This document shows, one piece after another, positions 19,335 through 28,818 of a stretch of 45,830 bases of DNA. Where the stretch lies: NCBI GenBank assembly GCA_050949565.1, contig JBMNFY010000014.1, forward strand, positions 1-45,830, read 5' to 3'. The translations under genes and the position numbers were made by a program. The first letter of the stretch is position 1; each line of letters starts with the position of its first letter. The notes beneath the pieces were generated by a model. That model ran no database searches, was not told the DNA's origin, and saw only the letters and a program-made list of their open reading frames with translations. The DNA is from Kiritimatiellia bacterium (GTDB lineage Bacteria > Verrucomicrobiota > Kiritimatiellia > RFP12 > UBA1067).

Positions 19335-20032
19335 TGGAACAACTCTTCACCACCCTTTCCCGTGCCGTCGAGGGCTCAGCCGCCCTGGCGCTGGGCGCGG
19401 CATTCGTCTGGGGCGTGCTGAGCATCCTGCTGAGCCCCTGCCATCTGGCGAGCATCCCGCTGATCGTGGGATTCATCGACCAGCAAGGCCAGATGACGAC
19501 GCGAAGGGCGTTCACAATCTCCCTGCTGTTCTCGGTCGGCATTCTGATCACCATTGGAGCGATTGGCGTCATGACGGCGGCAGCAGGCCGGATGCTGGGC
19601 GACGTCGGCCGCTGGGGCAACTACGGCGTGGCGGTGATCTTCTTCGTCGTGGGCCTGTACCTGCTGGACGCGCTCCGAATCCCGATGCCGGGAGCCGCCC
19701 AGCCGGGCGTGAAGCGCAAGGGGATGCTGGCGGCCTTCATTCTGGGGCTCGTGTTCGGCGTGGCGCTGGGTCCCTGCACCTTCGCCTACATGGCTCCGAT
19801 GCTCGCCGTAACGTTCAGGCTGGCGTCAACGAATCTGCCCTATGGGATACTTCTGCTTGCGATCTACGGCGCGGGGCACTGCGCGGTGATCGTCCTCGCG
19901 GGCACGTTCACCGAGGTCGTTCAGCACTATCTGGACTGGAACGAGAAATCCAAGGGCGCAGTGATCCTCAAGAGAATCTGCGGCGTCCTGGTCCTTCTCG
20001 GCGGGCTGTATCTCATCTACACGGCGCGGTAG
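19334..20032 (+). CDS. ccdA: CcdA/DsbD-type transmembrane disulfide reductase
   Basis: LLSPCHL and GPCT conserved Pro-Cys motifs in a six-TM protein; TGATG overlap with the upstream gene. Confidence 0.85.
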   Translation: MEQLFTTLSRAVEGSAALALGAAFVWGVLSILLSPCHLASIPLIVGFIDQQGQMTTRRAFTISLLFSVGILITIGAIGVMTAAAGRMLGDVGRWGNYGVAVIFFVVGLYLLDALRIPMPGAAQPGVKRKGMLAAFILGLVFGVALGPCTFAYMAPMLAVTFRLASTNLPYGILLLAIYGAGHCAVIVLAGTFTEVVQHYLDWNEKSKGAVILKRICGVLVLLGGLYLIYTAR

Positions 20033-20050
20033 CGCGAAGGAGCGGCAAGG

Positions 20051-21238
20051 ATGAATCAGGTTAACAACGGCGAGCGCAAACTGACCAACGTCTTCGAGCG
20101 GTATCTGACCGTCTGGGTCGCGCTCTGCATCGTGGGCGGCATCCTGCTCGGGAAGGTCGCTCCGGGCGTGGCCAAGTATCTGGACGGGCTGTCCATCACG
20201 GTCAACGGCGCTCCGGTGGCCTCCATCCCGATTGCGATATGCCTCTTCTTCATGATGTATCCCATTATGGTCAAGATCGACTTTGCGTCGGTCATCAAAG
20301 CGGGGAAGAGCGGCAAGCCGGTGTGGCTAACGCTGTTTGTCAACTGGGCGATCAAGCCGTTCACGATGTATGCCATCGCGCTGCTGTTCCTGGGCTTCCT
20401 GTTCCGGGGACTCATCGGGGCGGAGGCGACCGATCTGGTGAAGATGCCGTTCGGTCTCGATCTCGCTGTGGGTGCCACGCATGGAGCGGGAACGGTGGTG
20501 ATGGTGGACGGCGTCAAGATGCTGCAGGTACCGCTATGGCGGAGCTACTTTGCCGGCTGCATCCTGCTCGGGATTGCGCCCTGCACCGCGATGGTGCTCG
20601 TGTGGGGGTGTCTGGCGCGGGGTAACGACGGACTGACCCTGATCATGGTGGCGATCAACTCGCTGACCATGCTGGTGCTGTACGGGTTGTTGGGCGGATT
20701 CCTGCTGGGTGTCGGACGACTGCCGGTCCCCTGGCAGGCTCTGTTGCTCTCCATCGGCATCTATGTGGCGCTGCCGCTCGCGGCTGGGTACTACTCGAGG
20801 AAGCGGATCATCCAGGCCAAGGGCGAGACCTGGTTCAAGGAGAAGTTTTTGCATGTCCTGCCCCCGATTACGATCATCGCCCTGCTGACGACCCTCGTTC
20901 TGCTGTTCAGTTTCAAGGGCGAGACCATCTTGGGGAATCCGCTGACCATCCTGTGGATCGCGATCCCTCTCTTCATTCAGACGATGTTGATCTTCTGGCT
21001 TGGGTACTGGTGGGCGAAGCTGTTGAAGTTACCCTACCAGGATGCGGCCCCCGCCGCCATGATCGGCGCGTCCAATCACTTCGAAGTGGCCATTGCCACG
21101 GCGACGATGCTGTTCGGCCTGTCATCAGGTGCGGCTTTGGCAACGGTGGTCGGCGTCCTCATCGAGGTGCCGGTGATGCTTTGGCTCGTGAAGATATGCC
21201 TGCGGACGCAGCATTGGTTTGGAGATGCGCGGGCGTAA
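20051..21238 (+). CDS. acr3: Acr3-family arsenite efflux transporter
   Basis: [60 protein letters not shown]. Confidence 0.93.
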   Translation: MNQVNNGERKLTNVFERYLTVWVALCIVGGILLGKVAPGVAKYLDGLSITVNGAPVASIPIAICLFFMMYPIMVKIDFASVIKAGKSGKPVWLTLFVNWAIKPFTMYAIALLFLGFLFRGLIGAEATDLVKMPFGLDLAVGATHGAGTVVMVDGVKMLQVPLWRSYFAGCILLGIAPCTAMVLVWGCLARGNDGLTLIMVAINSLTMLVLYGLLGGFLLGVGRLPVPWQALLLSIGIYVALPLAAGYYSRKRIIQAKGETWFKEKFLHVLPPITIIALLTTLVLLFSFKGETILGNPLTILWIAIPLFIQTMLIFWLGYWWAKLLKLPYQDAAPAAMIGASNHFEVAIATATMLFGLSSGAALATVVGVLIEVPVMLWLVKICLRTQHWFGDARA

Positions 21239-21269
21239 CGAACTGGCTGATGGACATGAAGGGAGTAAC

Positions 21270-22082
21270 ATGACAAAGCACAACAGTGAGCGGGTTCGGG
21301 AGATGGTACGCAAACGATACGCGGGCATCGTCAGCGGCGGGAAGAGCGGTTGCGGCTGTTCGACGCCGTCCTGCTGTTCGGCCAAGCCGCCCTCGGCCAA
21401 GGCGCAATCGGCGAAGCTCGGATACTCGAAAAAGGACCTGGAGACGGTGCCGGATGGAGCGAACATGGGGCTGGGTTGCGGCAACCCGCAGGCCATCGCC
21501 ATGCTGAAGAAAAGCGAAGTCGTCTTGGACTTGGGCGCGGGCGGTGGATTCGATTGTTTCCTGGCCGCACGGCAGGTGGGGGCGCGTGGGCGGGTGATCG
21601 GCGTGGATATGACGCCGGAGATGATCGCCAAGGCTCGCGAGAACGCCCGGAAGGCCGGGACCAAGAACGTGGAGTTCCGCCTTGGTGAGATCGAACACCT
21701 GCCTGTAGCCGACTCCACCGTGGACGTGATCCTGTCGAACTGTGTGATCAACCTCTCACCGGACAAGGAGCAGGTCTACCGTGAAGCGTTCCGGGTGTTG
21801 AAGCCGGGCGGGCGGCTCGCTATCTCCGATGTCGTGGCCATTCGTCCGATCCCGACTGCGATTCAGCAGGACTTCGAGAAGCATTCGGGGTGCGTGGCGG
21901 GAGCGCTCCAGGTGAAGAAGTTGGAACGTATTCTACGGGCAACCGGCTTTGCCAGCGGTGCCGTGAAAGTGAAGGAACAGAGTAAGGAGTTCATCAAGGA
22001 CTGGTTCCCCGGCAGCGGGGTCGAGAGGTATGTACGGTCGGCCGACGTCCAGGGCATGAAGCCGGGGAGGAAGACACGATGA
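21270..22082 (+). CDS. arsM: Arsenite S-adenosylmethionine methyltransferase
   Basis: Cys-rich N-terminus, GLGCGNP, LDLGAGGGFD, GVDMTPEM, SNCVINLSPDK, GCVAGA. Confidence 0.92.
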   Translation: MTKHNSERVREMVRKRYAGIVSGGKSGCGCSTPSCCSAKPPSAKAQSAKLGYSKKDLETVPDGANMGLGCGNPQAIAMLKKSEVVLDLGAGGGFDCFLAARQVGARGRVIGVDMTPEMIAKARENARKAGTKNVEFRLGEIEHLPVADSTVDVILSNCVINLSPDKEQVYREAFRVLKPGGRLAISDVVAIRPIPTAIQQDFEKHSGCVAGALQVKKLERILRATGFASGAVKVKEQSKEFIKDWFPGSGVERYVRSADVQGMKPGRKTR

Positions 22083-22228
22083 AGGCGCTTACAGTGGTTG
22101 ACGCCGGAATCTGCGGATTCCAGACGCGGATTCACGCCGAGAGCGACGATTCGCAAAATGTGACGTTCAAGATCGCCAGCGGGTGCGAGAAGGCTCGGAA
22201 CTTCGGCGAGGCGCTGACGATTATGTGA
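22079..22228 (+). pseudogene. Truncated small Cys protein (GICGF...SGC, DUF6951-like), cut at the right junction
   Basis: ATGA overlap with the arsM stop; translates MKALTVVDAGICGFQTRIHAESDDSQNVTFKIASGCEKARNFGEALTIM*; the last codons lie in phoB-like sequence. Family assignment is from memory. Confidence 0.6.
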
Positions 22229-22605
22229 CCAAGCCCTTCAGCGCGCGCATCCTGACGGCGCGGGTCAAGGCGGTGTTGCGGCGTTCCGCCGTTGAGCCGG
22301 AAGACGAGAAAGAAACACTGACGCAAGGACCGTTCGAGATCGACCGGCTGCACCACACGGTCCATGTGGACGGACAGCCGCTGGAACTGACATTGAGCGA
22401 GTTTAAAGCACTTGAGCTTTTTGCAAAGCGTCCGGGCGTTGTCTTTTCGCGTTATCAGATTGTAGACGCGATTCATGGGAAGGACTACCCGGTGACCGAT
22501 CGCTCGGTGGATGTGCTGATTGTAGGTTTGCGCCGCAAACTCGGCGACTACGGCGAGTGGATCGAGACCGTGCGCGGCGTGGGATACCGAATGAAGGCAG
22601 AGTAA
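22210..22605 (+). pseudogene. phoB: OmpR/PhoB-family response regulator, 5'-truncated (most of the receiver domain missing)
   Basis: Starts abruptly at GADDYVTKPFS; intact winged helix (RSVDVLIVGLRRKL, IETVRGVGYR); directly upstream of a PhoR-like kinase. Confidence 0.8.
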
Positions 22606-22608
22606 GCT

Positions 22609-24387
22609 GTGATCAGAAGAACACTGTTCTGGCAGTTTTTCGGCGTGCATGTTCTCCTGCTGATCGCGGCGGTGGGCTTTGTGGCCTCCTATATGTGGCA
22701 GTCGGGCCGGACGACCTACCGTCAACAGTGGTTGCGTGAACTGGAAGTTCAGGCGCGTCTCGCTGCTGCCCTGTTGCTGAGTGACGACGGAACTGAGGTC
22801 AGTGCAGCGGCCGAGCACTTTTTTGAACGACTGGACACAACCGACGCACATCGCTTTACGCTTATTTTGCCGGATGGGCGGGTGATCGGCGATACCGAGA
22901 CCAAGGCGGGCCGTATGGAGTCGCACAGTGACCGCCCCGAGGTGGTCGAGGCGATTGCAAAAGGGCGTGGCACAAGCCAGCGCTATAGCTACAGCTTGGG
23001 GCAATCGATGCTCTATCTGGCGCTGCGCATCCCGGAACAAGGCACGCTACGCGCCGTGATCCGTGTGGCTGTACCGGCACAGACCATCATGCGTGAGACA
23101 CGGGCCGCTCGACGAGTGATGGGGGCGTTGGTGGCAGCGGTGCTGACAACTGCACTGGTTTTGAGTTACGGTTCGGCACGGCGTGTCATAAGACCGGTGG
23201 CGAATTTACGGCGCGGTCTGATACGGATCGGCCGTGGCGAGTTGGATTATCGGTTGCCGACTCCCTCCGTGCCGCATCTGGCTGATTTGGTGCGCGCCAT
23301 CAATCGAACGGCCGACCGCTTGCAGAAGCATATCAACGCGCTGAACAATGAGCGGTCGTTGCGCACGCTTATCCTTGCGAACATGACACACGGCGTGATT
23401 GCAATTGATCCAGACCACACGGTGCTCGACATGAATGAATCAGCACGGTGCCTGCTGGGACTGAAGCATGTTGCGGCGGCAGGCACGCTGATCAGCGACG
23501 TGCTTCGCGAGCCGGTGTTGCTCTCGTTGATCGATGACAGCGAACATAGCGAGGGGCCGGTTGAACGTGAGTTGACTGTGGCGAACGGCGCAGGTGGTGA
23601 CCGGCGGCTGAACATGCGTGCTACCGCGCTGAATGACGCCGACGGCCAACGGGTCGGCACGCTGCTGGTGCTGAGCGATGTCACCCTGCTACGCCACCTC
23701 GAAACGGTGCGCCAGGATTTTGTCGCGAACGTCTCGCATGAATTGCGGACGCCCGTTACCTCGGTCAAAGGGTTTGCCGAAGCGTTGCTGGACGGGGCGC
23801 TGGACGATCCAGAAAAAGCAGAGCGGTTTGTGCAGATCATCATGCGCCAGTCCAATCATCTGGAGTCGATCATCAGTGACTTGCTGGAACTTTCCCGACT
23901 GGACGAGCGTGCGGGTCAGTCGCTCGACCAGCAGGAAACACCCCTCAGCGAGATCGTCCAGCATGCGGTCGAGTTGCGGCAGACGCTGGCGGATGAGCGA
24001 GGTGTAACGTTGGCAGTCACATGCGGGGCAGAGCTGACGGTGCGTGTGCATGCGGGGCTTATTGAGCAGGCACTGGTGAACCTGATCGACAACGCGATCA
24101 AATATGGTGTCAACGGCGGGGTCAACCGCGTCGAGATCGATGCGGCGCAGGAGGGGCCGACAGTACGCATCACCGTGCGCGACCATGGTCAAGGCATCGA
24201 GCCGCAGCATATCGGGCGGCTCTTCGAACGCTTCTACCGCGTGGATAAGGGGCGCAGCCGTGAACAAGGGGGGACCGGGCTTGGTCTGGCGATCGTTAAG
24301 CACATTGCGCAGCTCCATGGCGGAACGGTCACGGTGACGAGCGAGCCGGGCAAAGGCACTGTCTTCACGCTCCGTTTGCCTGCGTGA
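22609..24387 (+). CDS. phoR: PhoR-like sensor histidine kinase (TM, Cache-like, HAMP, PAS, HisKA, HATPase)
   Basis: MESHSDRPEV, DFVANVSHELRTPVT, NLIDNAIKY, FERFYRVDKGRSREQGGTGLGLAIVKH. Confidence 0.85.
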   Translation: MIRRTLFWQFFGVHVLLLIAAVGFVASYMWQSGRTTYRQQWLRELEVQARLAAALLLSDDGTEVSAAAEHFFERLDTTDAHRFTLILPDGRVIGDTETKAGRMESHSDRPEVVEAIAKGRGTSQRYSYSLGQSMLYLALRIPEQGTLRAVIRVAVPAQTIMRETRAARRVMGALVAAVLTTALVLSYGSARRVIRPVANLRRGLIRIGRGELDYRLPTPSVPHLADLVRAINRTADRLQKHINALNNERSLRTLILANMTHGVIAIDPDHTVLDMNESARCLLGLKHVAAAGTLISDVLREPVLLSLIDDSEHSEGPVERELTVANGAGGDRRLNMRATALNDADGQRVGTLLVLSDVTLLRHLETVRQDFVANVSHELRTPVTSVKGFAEALLDGALDDPEKAERFVQIIMRQSNHLESIISDLLELSRLDERAGQSLDQQETPLSEIVQHAVELRQTLADERGVTLAVTCGAELTVRVHAGLIEQALVNLIDNAIKYGVNGGVNRVEIDAAQEGPTVRITVRDHGQGIEPQHIGRLFERFYRVDKGRSREQGGTGLGLAIVKHIAQLHGGTVTVTSEPGKGTVFTLRLPA

Positions 24388-24690
24388 AGCGCTGCTCGGG
24401 GTTTTTTAACGCAGAGGCGCAGAGACGCAGAGGTGTGGCACGGGCATCTTGCCCGTGTTTCATGGGCGGGACGCCCATGCCACAAGGTTTTTTGGGGGCA
24501 GGGCAGGCGGTTATTGCGACCACGCAGTGGCTCGCAATTTTGAGTGTAAAAACTGGCGAGCGGGCGGGCGCCGGGTGCGCATAGGGCATGCAATGGCGGG
24601 GTGCGCGGGGAGACAGCCCCAAAAAGCACCCCAAATGCTGTGAATGGTCACGGGCTCAACTCTCAACGTTCAACGCTCAACGCTCAAGGT
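24388..24690. repeat. Mosaic repeat block 3, including a REP-like double hairpin
   Basis: AACGCAGAGGCGCAGAGACGCAGAG, then GTGGCACGGGCATCTTGCCCGTGTTTCATGGGCGGGACGCCCATGCCAC (same at ~42308-42357); partial copy of the ~90-bp element (CCACGCAGTGGCTCGCAA); TCAACGY heptamer tandem at 24655-24688. Confidence 0.88.
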
Positions 24691-25578
24691 GAGCCACGGC
24701 GGCGTATCGGGCAGGAGTGCGTCGAAGGCTGTGATCAGCGCTTGCTCGTAAGCCCCGGCGTAGGTGCCGTCCAGAAAGCGGGCATACGCCTCGTCACAGA
24801 AACGCTCCCATGCGCGTTCTTCGTCGCCCGGGGTGATCGGGTAAAAGAGAACGCCGGCCTGGCGCGCCGCGTTGAGGTCGCCTTGCGCGTCGCCGATCAG
24901 CAGGACACGATGCATATCGTATTTGTTGTCGGAGGCTAAGCGCAGATGCTGGTCTTTCGAACCCAGTTCTTGGCCTGCGATGAAATCCACGTAGCCGTCG
25001 ATCGCATGTTGACGCCACTCTTTGACGAGCGCCTCCTCTGGAGTTTGCGAAACGACGATGACGTCGCTGGATGCCCGGATCAGTTCCAAAGCTTTCAACG
25101 CCCAGCGGAATGGCGGCACTGGGCGCATATTGGCGGCGATTTCCGCGTTGATCGCTAAGCTCCACTCTAAGACGCGGCGCAAGTCAGGGTCACCCGTGCG
25201 TTCGACCTCCTGTTGCAACGAGGGGTTGCCGAGCGGCAAACCAGAGTTGACGTAGGCACGCAGGGCCGTTGTCTCCGGCAGTGTTACGCCGCATTCGCTG
25301 ATTCCTGGGTAATCGGACAGCAATTCAAATACCCGTAACAGTGCGGGGAAGCGGTTGCTGCCGCGGGTTTTTGAGTGCAGGTTGACGAACTCTGCGCAGG
25401 CGCGGAGTTGCTTTTCGCAATTTTGCAGGTTCCAGAAGCGGATAATCAGCGGATGGAAGTGATCGCACTGCTTGACCCGCATGGTGTCGAACACGCAACC
25501 GTCGGAATCGATTCCGACAAGTGAATCATGGCGGGCTGAAAGTCCTTTGAGAGCATCAAGCGTGAAAATGCGTTGCAT
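24670..25578 (-). CDS. HAD-superfamily hydrolase
   Basis: GIDSDGCVFDT (DxD motif I), VVSQT (motif II), K of GSKDQH, IGDAQGD (motif IV). Confidence 0.85.
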   Translation of the reverse strand: MQRIFTLDALKGLSARHDSLVGIDSDGCVFDTMRVKQCDHFHPLIIRFWNLQNCEKQLRACAEFVNLHSKTRGSNRFPALLRVFELLSDYPGISECGVTLPETTALRAYVNSGLPLGNPSLQQEVERTGDPDLRRVLEWSLAINAEIAANMRPVPPFRWALKALELIRASSDVIVVSQTPEEALVKEWRQHAIDGYVDFIAGQELGSKDQHLRLASDNKYDMHRVLLIGDAQGDLNAARQAGVLFYPITPGDEERAWERFCDEAYARFLDGTYAGAYEQALITAFDALLPDTPPWLTLSVER

Positions 25579-25625
25579 TGTTTCTGAGTCCTCGGTAATT
25601 AACGCTCAACGTTCAAGTAGTGGAA

Positions 25626-25680
25626 CGGGAGGGGCAAGCGTCTGCTTGCCCAAGGACGAGCAGACGCTCGTCCCTCCCAC
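25626..25680. repeat. REP-like palindrome, second copy at ~35530-35580
   Basis: GGGAGGGGCAAGCGTCTGCTTGCCC..GGACGAGC(A)GACGCTCGTCCCTCCC, two nested hairpins. Confidence 0.85.
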
Positions 25681-25729
25681 AGCATCGGAATCGGGATTGT
25701 CTCGTCCACGTTTCTGTGTACGGACAATG

Positions 25730-26188
25730 CTATACTTTGATCTGGAACACAGCGATCAGCGTGAAGACCATCGTGAAAATCGCAACGGTCTCGACGACGC
25801 CGAGCGCGGCGAAGTAGTTGGTGAGGCCCTGACCGGTCTCGGCCTGCGCGTCGCAGGCGGCCGCGGCGGCACGCCCTTGAAAGAGGGCGGAGACGCCGAT
25901 GCCCAGTCCTGAGAAAATACCGAGGATCAGTAGCGGCATGCCGACGGCGGCTTTCCCGAACATGACGAACATCAAGATCATGCCATACAGGGTCTGTGTG
26001 ATCGGCGCACCGACTAACCCGAGCAGGATGAAGGGCGCAGGCTTGTTCTGCACGTAGCACTTTTTCCAAGCACCCATGGCTGCTGTTGCGGCGTAGCCGG
26101 TGCCGAAGGCCGAGCCGGTGGCACTGAGTCCGAGGCAGGCGACTGCGCCCGCGATGCCCATTGCTGTGTTGATTGCTTCTGGATTCAT
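25730..26188 (-). CDS. ntpK: V/A-type ATPase proteolipid subunit K, predicted Na+-binding
   Basis: Four TM helices; PITQTLYG, FQG and VET match the T/Q/Y, Q and E Na+-site residues of Enterococcus hirae NtpK. Confidence 0.9.
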   Translation of the reverse strand: MNPEAINTAMGIAGAVACLGLSATGSAFGTGYAATAAMGAWKKCYVQNKPAPFILLGLVGAPITQTLYGMILMFVMFGKAAVGMPLLILGIFSGLGIGVSALFQGRAAAAACDAQAETGQGLTNYFAALGVVETVAIFTMVFTLIAVFQIKV

Positions 26189-26206
26189 GGTTGTTTTTCC
26201 TTTTTT

Positions 26207-26575
26207 TCAGCATAAGGGGATGACTGTACTGAGGATGCGATCGGCAGTTTCAATCGCCGCTTGTGCATCCGACAGACTGACGTGAATCAAGCCCCCATAG
26301 TCACCAGAGTCACGCATATCCATCAGAAAATCAAAATCTTTTCCGATGGAAGTCGGTAACTCTCCGGTTAAAATGAGATCGCGGTGAATCGCGTTTCTGA
26401 GCGTTGCATGCCGGGTAAACGTTTGACCGCGCGAAGCAAAGAAAGCAGTGAAAGCGTGGAAGGCAGCATAAAACGTACGGTTCGCCGCAGAGTTGGGGTC
26501 AATGTTGAGAACCGCTCGTGCGGCTTCAAGCGCGAGACGAGCCCGTTCTTTCTCTCCGGTAATGAACTCCGTCAT
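26207..26575 (-). CDS. HEPN domain protein (putative toxin of MNT-HEPN pair)
   Basis: SAANRTFYAAFHA, TRHATL and RDSGDY motifs of small HEPN proteins; ATGA overlap with the MNT gene. Confidence 0.85.
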   Translation of the reverse strand: MTEFITGEKERARLALEAARAVLNIDPNSAANRTFYAAFHAFTAFFASRGQTFTRHATLRNAIHRDLILTGELPTSIGKDFDFLMDMRDSGDYGGLIHVSLSDAQAAIETADRILSTVIPLC

Positions 26576-26904
26576 GCGGGGAGCCCTTCGTTTTTGATAG
26601 TGGCCAGAATAGGGGCGTTGGAGTTCTGATATTGGAATAGAGAAATGGGCTTGATGCTGACCCGGCGCCCTAAGCGAACAGCTAGGGGATACACAGCCTC
26701 TAACGCCGTACGTAACTCACCTGCGTACGTCTCAAACGGTTCCAGAACTACGAGCGCATCCAGATCGCTCTCTTCCGTCTCAGTCCCCCGCGACATCGAC
26801 CCGAAAAGAACGACAGACGACAATCGCGTCCCGAATGCACGGCTTAACAGTGCCTTTAATTCGATCGCAATCTGCTTGACATCTGTCTTTGTCTCGGTGT
26901 CCAT
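26572..26904 (-). CDS. Minimal nucleotidyltransferase (MNT antitoxin)
   Basis: LFGSMSRG...ESDLDALVV (GSx10DxD); GGGAG RBS before ATG 26904. Confidence 0.88.
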   Translation of the reverse strand: MDTETKTDVKQIAIELKALLSRAFGTRLSSVVLFGSMSRGTETEESDLDALVVLEPFETYAGELRTALEAVYPLAVRLGRRVSIKPISLFQYQNSNAPILATIKNEGLPA

Positions 26905-26926
26905 GTGTGTCTCCCTTTTTTCGAAC

Positions 26927-26955
26927 ATCGTGCCATATTTCTTGGGGATAATCAA
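26927..26955 (-). promoter_or_regulatory. Possible internal promoter for MNT-HEPN (and ntpK)
   Basis: Minus strand TTGATT-N17-CACGAT with TG preceding the -10 box; weak -10 match. Confidence 0.35.
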
Positions 26956-26970
26956 ATCGCACGGCATCGC

Positions 26971-28818
26971 CTATTGCACGTTTGGATTACGCCTGAACGG
27001 TTTGAAGGCGTAGCCGGACCAGGTAATGCCTTTGTGGTTTGAGAATTCCAGGGTGTTGAGGCGGACGGCATGCACCAAGATGCTGAGTCCCGCCATCGCG
27101 AGGTTTAATCCGTGGCCAAGTAGCAGGATTAGGATCAGCGGCGGAATCTTGGCCCACAGCGGCAATCCCATATTGATTGCCATGCTGTTGAAGTTTTCTG
27201 CGACCTTGACCGAGGCCAGTCCCACGGCGAAGAGACGCACGTAAGAGATGATATCTCCGAGCGCGCTCACGATGTTGAGCGGCAGCATGCCGAGTTCAAT
27301 GCCATTGGTCTTGAGTTCATTGCGCTTTAGCGTGAAGAGGAAGATCAAAACCAGTGAGACGGCGAAGACGGGGTAGATGAAGGTCGGCACCGCAAAGATT
27401 CCGACAATGCCACACGACATGCAGTACATGAAGGCCAGTACGCCAACCCACCCGAGTTCCGCCAGTGCTTTGGTGTCCGGGAACAGGACGACGAAGTTCC
27501 AGAGACGCGCTATCGAGAGGTGAGTGAGCCCCAACGTGAAGCAGAGCAGCATCATGTTGTTGATGCCGTCTTCGGGATGGTTCAGCCAGCGGCTGGCCGT
27601 GTTGTCTGCGAATCCGGGGTGGGTACCGAACCAGGTGTTGGAGAGTGTGCCCCAAATGATGGTGCCTATCGAGAAGCAGGTCATCAGGATGAACGGCGCG
27701 CGCGGTGCCTTTGGCAGTTTGCGGCGCACGTAAAACGTCGCCGCCAGAAGCAGTGCGCCATAGCCGCCGTCTCCCACCAGCATGGCGAAAAAGATGGCGA
27801 AAAAGCAGAAGAAGGGGACGCTGACGTCGGCCTCTGTATAGGCCGGCGAAATGTCGAGCCCCTTGAAGAGTGCCAGTACGGGTCGGAAGAGGCGCGGCGG
27901 CCGCAACAACGTGGGCGGCGCCTCGTCTTCCTGTGGATCGCGTATCAGCAGACCCCACGCGTTTTCGCGCGCAGCCCCGCGTAGCTCATCTTCTTGGTCG
28001 GCAGGTAGCCAGCCGGTGATCCAGACCACCGCGCCGTCGGCTTGCATCGCGGCGGCGGCTGTGGCGAAGAGGCTTTCTTCACTCAGGCGGTCAACTTCGG
28101 CCTGCATGTCGTCCGCACGGCGGCGGGCAGTGCGGCGCAAACGTGCCGTGATCTGGCGGATCCGTGCATGCGCCGTTTTGTGCTGTTCGTGCAGCACACT
28201 GAGCGAACTTTCAGGTAACGCTTCAGGTATACAGCCTGCGGGCAGGGCACCCGGTCCGATCATCACGCCCCAGACAGTGCGGGTATTGGCGCTGAGCGTT
28301 TGGATCATAGCACCTTCGCCCGGCGTCAGCGCAACGGAAGTCGGTGCTTTGAACAGGCGGACCGGTACGCCGCGCGCGACGAGTCGTGCGGGCAGGGTGA
28401 TGTCGAAGTCGCCGAAGGGCGTCACGCGCGCGATCTCTCGTTTGATCCACTCGGCCTCGTTGGCCAGCTCTTGGCGCAATTCGTCCAGTTGGCAGATGGC
28501 GGCGATACGTTCTCCGGCGTCTCCTGTGATCTTTGGCAACGGAACCGTCAAGGGGTCGGTGGGGCCTTCATCGCGGTTATAGGCCCTGTGCGGGCCGGAG
28601 AGGGTGGGAATAACAGGCTTGCCGGCCAGCGCGTCCTTCAGAATCTGCTGCGCCCGACGTGCGGTCGCCAACTGATCCCGTGCGTCGCGGCAGGCGTCGG
28701 AATCGGTCGCGTCGCCCAGCTCAAGGTGTACGGCACCCAGTTCGCGCAAACGCTCCAGCGTGGTTTCGCGTTCAGCGGCCACGCAGAGCAGGGTCATGTG
28801 TCGCATTGGAACAATCAT
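26971..28818 (-). CDS. ntpI: V/A-type ATPase subunit I
   Basis: MIVPM..., GWLP, PPTLL, FFAMLVGDGGYG, DIISYVRLFAVGLA, HAVRLNTLEF. Confidence 0.92.
   Translation of the reverse strand: MIVPMRHMTLLCVAAERETTLERLRELGAVHLELGDATDSDACRDARDQLATARRAQQILKDALAGKPVIPTLSGPHRAYNRDEGPTDPLTVPLPKITGDAGERIAAICQLDELRQELANEAEWIKREIARVTPFGDFDITLPARLVARGVPVRLFKAPTSVALTPGEGAMIQTLSANTRTVWGVMIGPGALPAGCIPEALPESSLSVLHEQHKTAHARIRQITARLRRTARRRADDMQAEVDRLSEESLFATAAAAMQADGAVVWITGWLPADQEDELRGAARENAWGLLIRDPQEDEAPPTLLRPPRLFRPVLALFKGLDISPAYTEADVSVPFFCFFAIFFAMLVGDGGYGALLLAATFYVRRKLPKAPRAPFILMTCFSIGTIIWGTLSNTWFGTHPGFADNTASRWLNHPEDGINNMMLLCFTLGLTHLSIARLWNFVVLFPDTKALAELGWVGVLAFMYCMSCGIVGIFAVPTFIYPVFAVSLVLIFLFTLKRNELKTNGIELGMLPLNIVSALGDIISYVRLFAVGLASVKVAENFNSMAINMGLPLWAKIPPLILILLLGHGLNLAMAGLSILVHAVRLNTLEFSNHKGITWSGYAFKPFRRNPNVQ

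Larger units (their letters stand above)
15516..22218. mobile_element. Foreign-looking segment (hypothetical ORFs + arsenic resistance cluster), or chimeric assembly insert
   Basis: Truncated genes on both sides of both junctions; visibly stronger C/G-ending codon use than the flanks (not computed); no integrase or transposase inside. Confidence 0.6.

Noticed and set aside
22183-22605. A complete small stand-alone winged-helix regulator starting at GTG 22183
   Set aside because: The first codons belong to the upstream truncated gene in another frame, and the protein begins mid-receiver domain at GADDY
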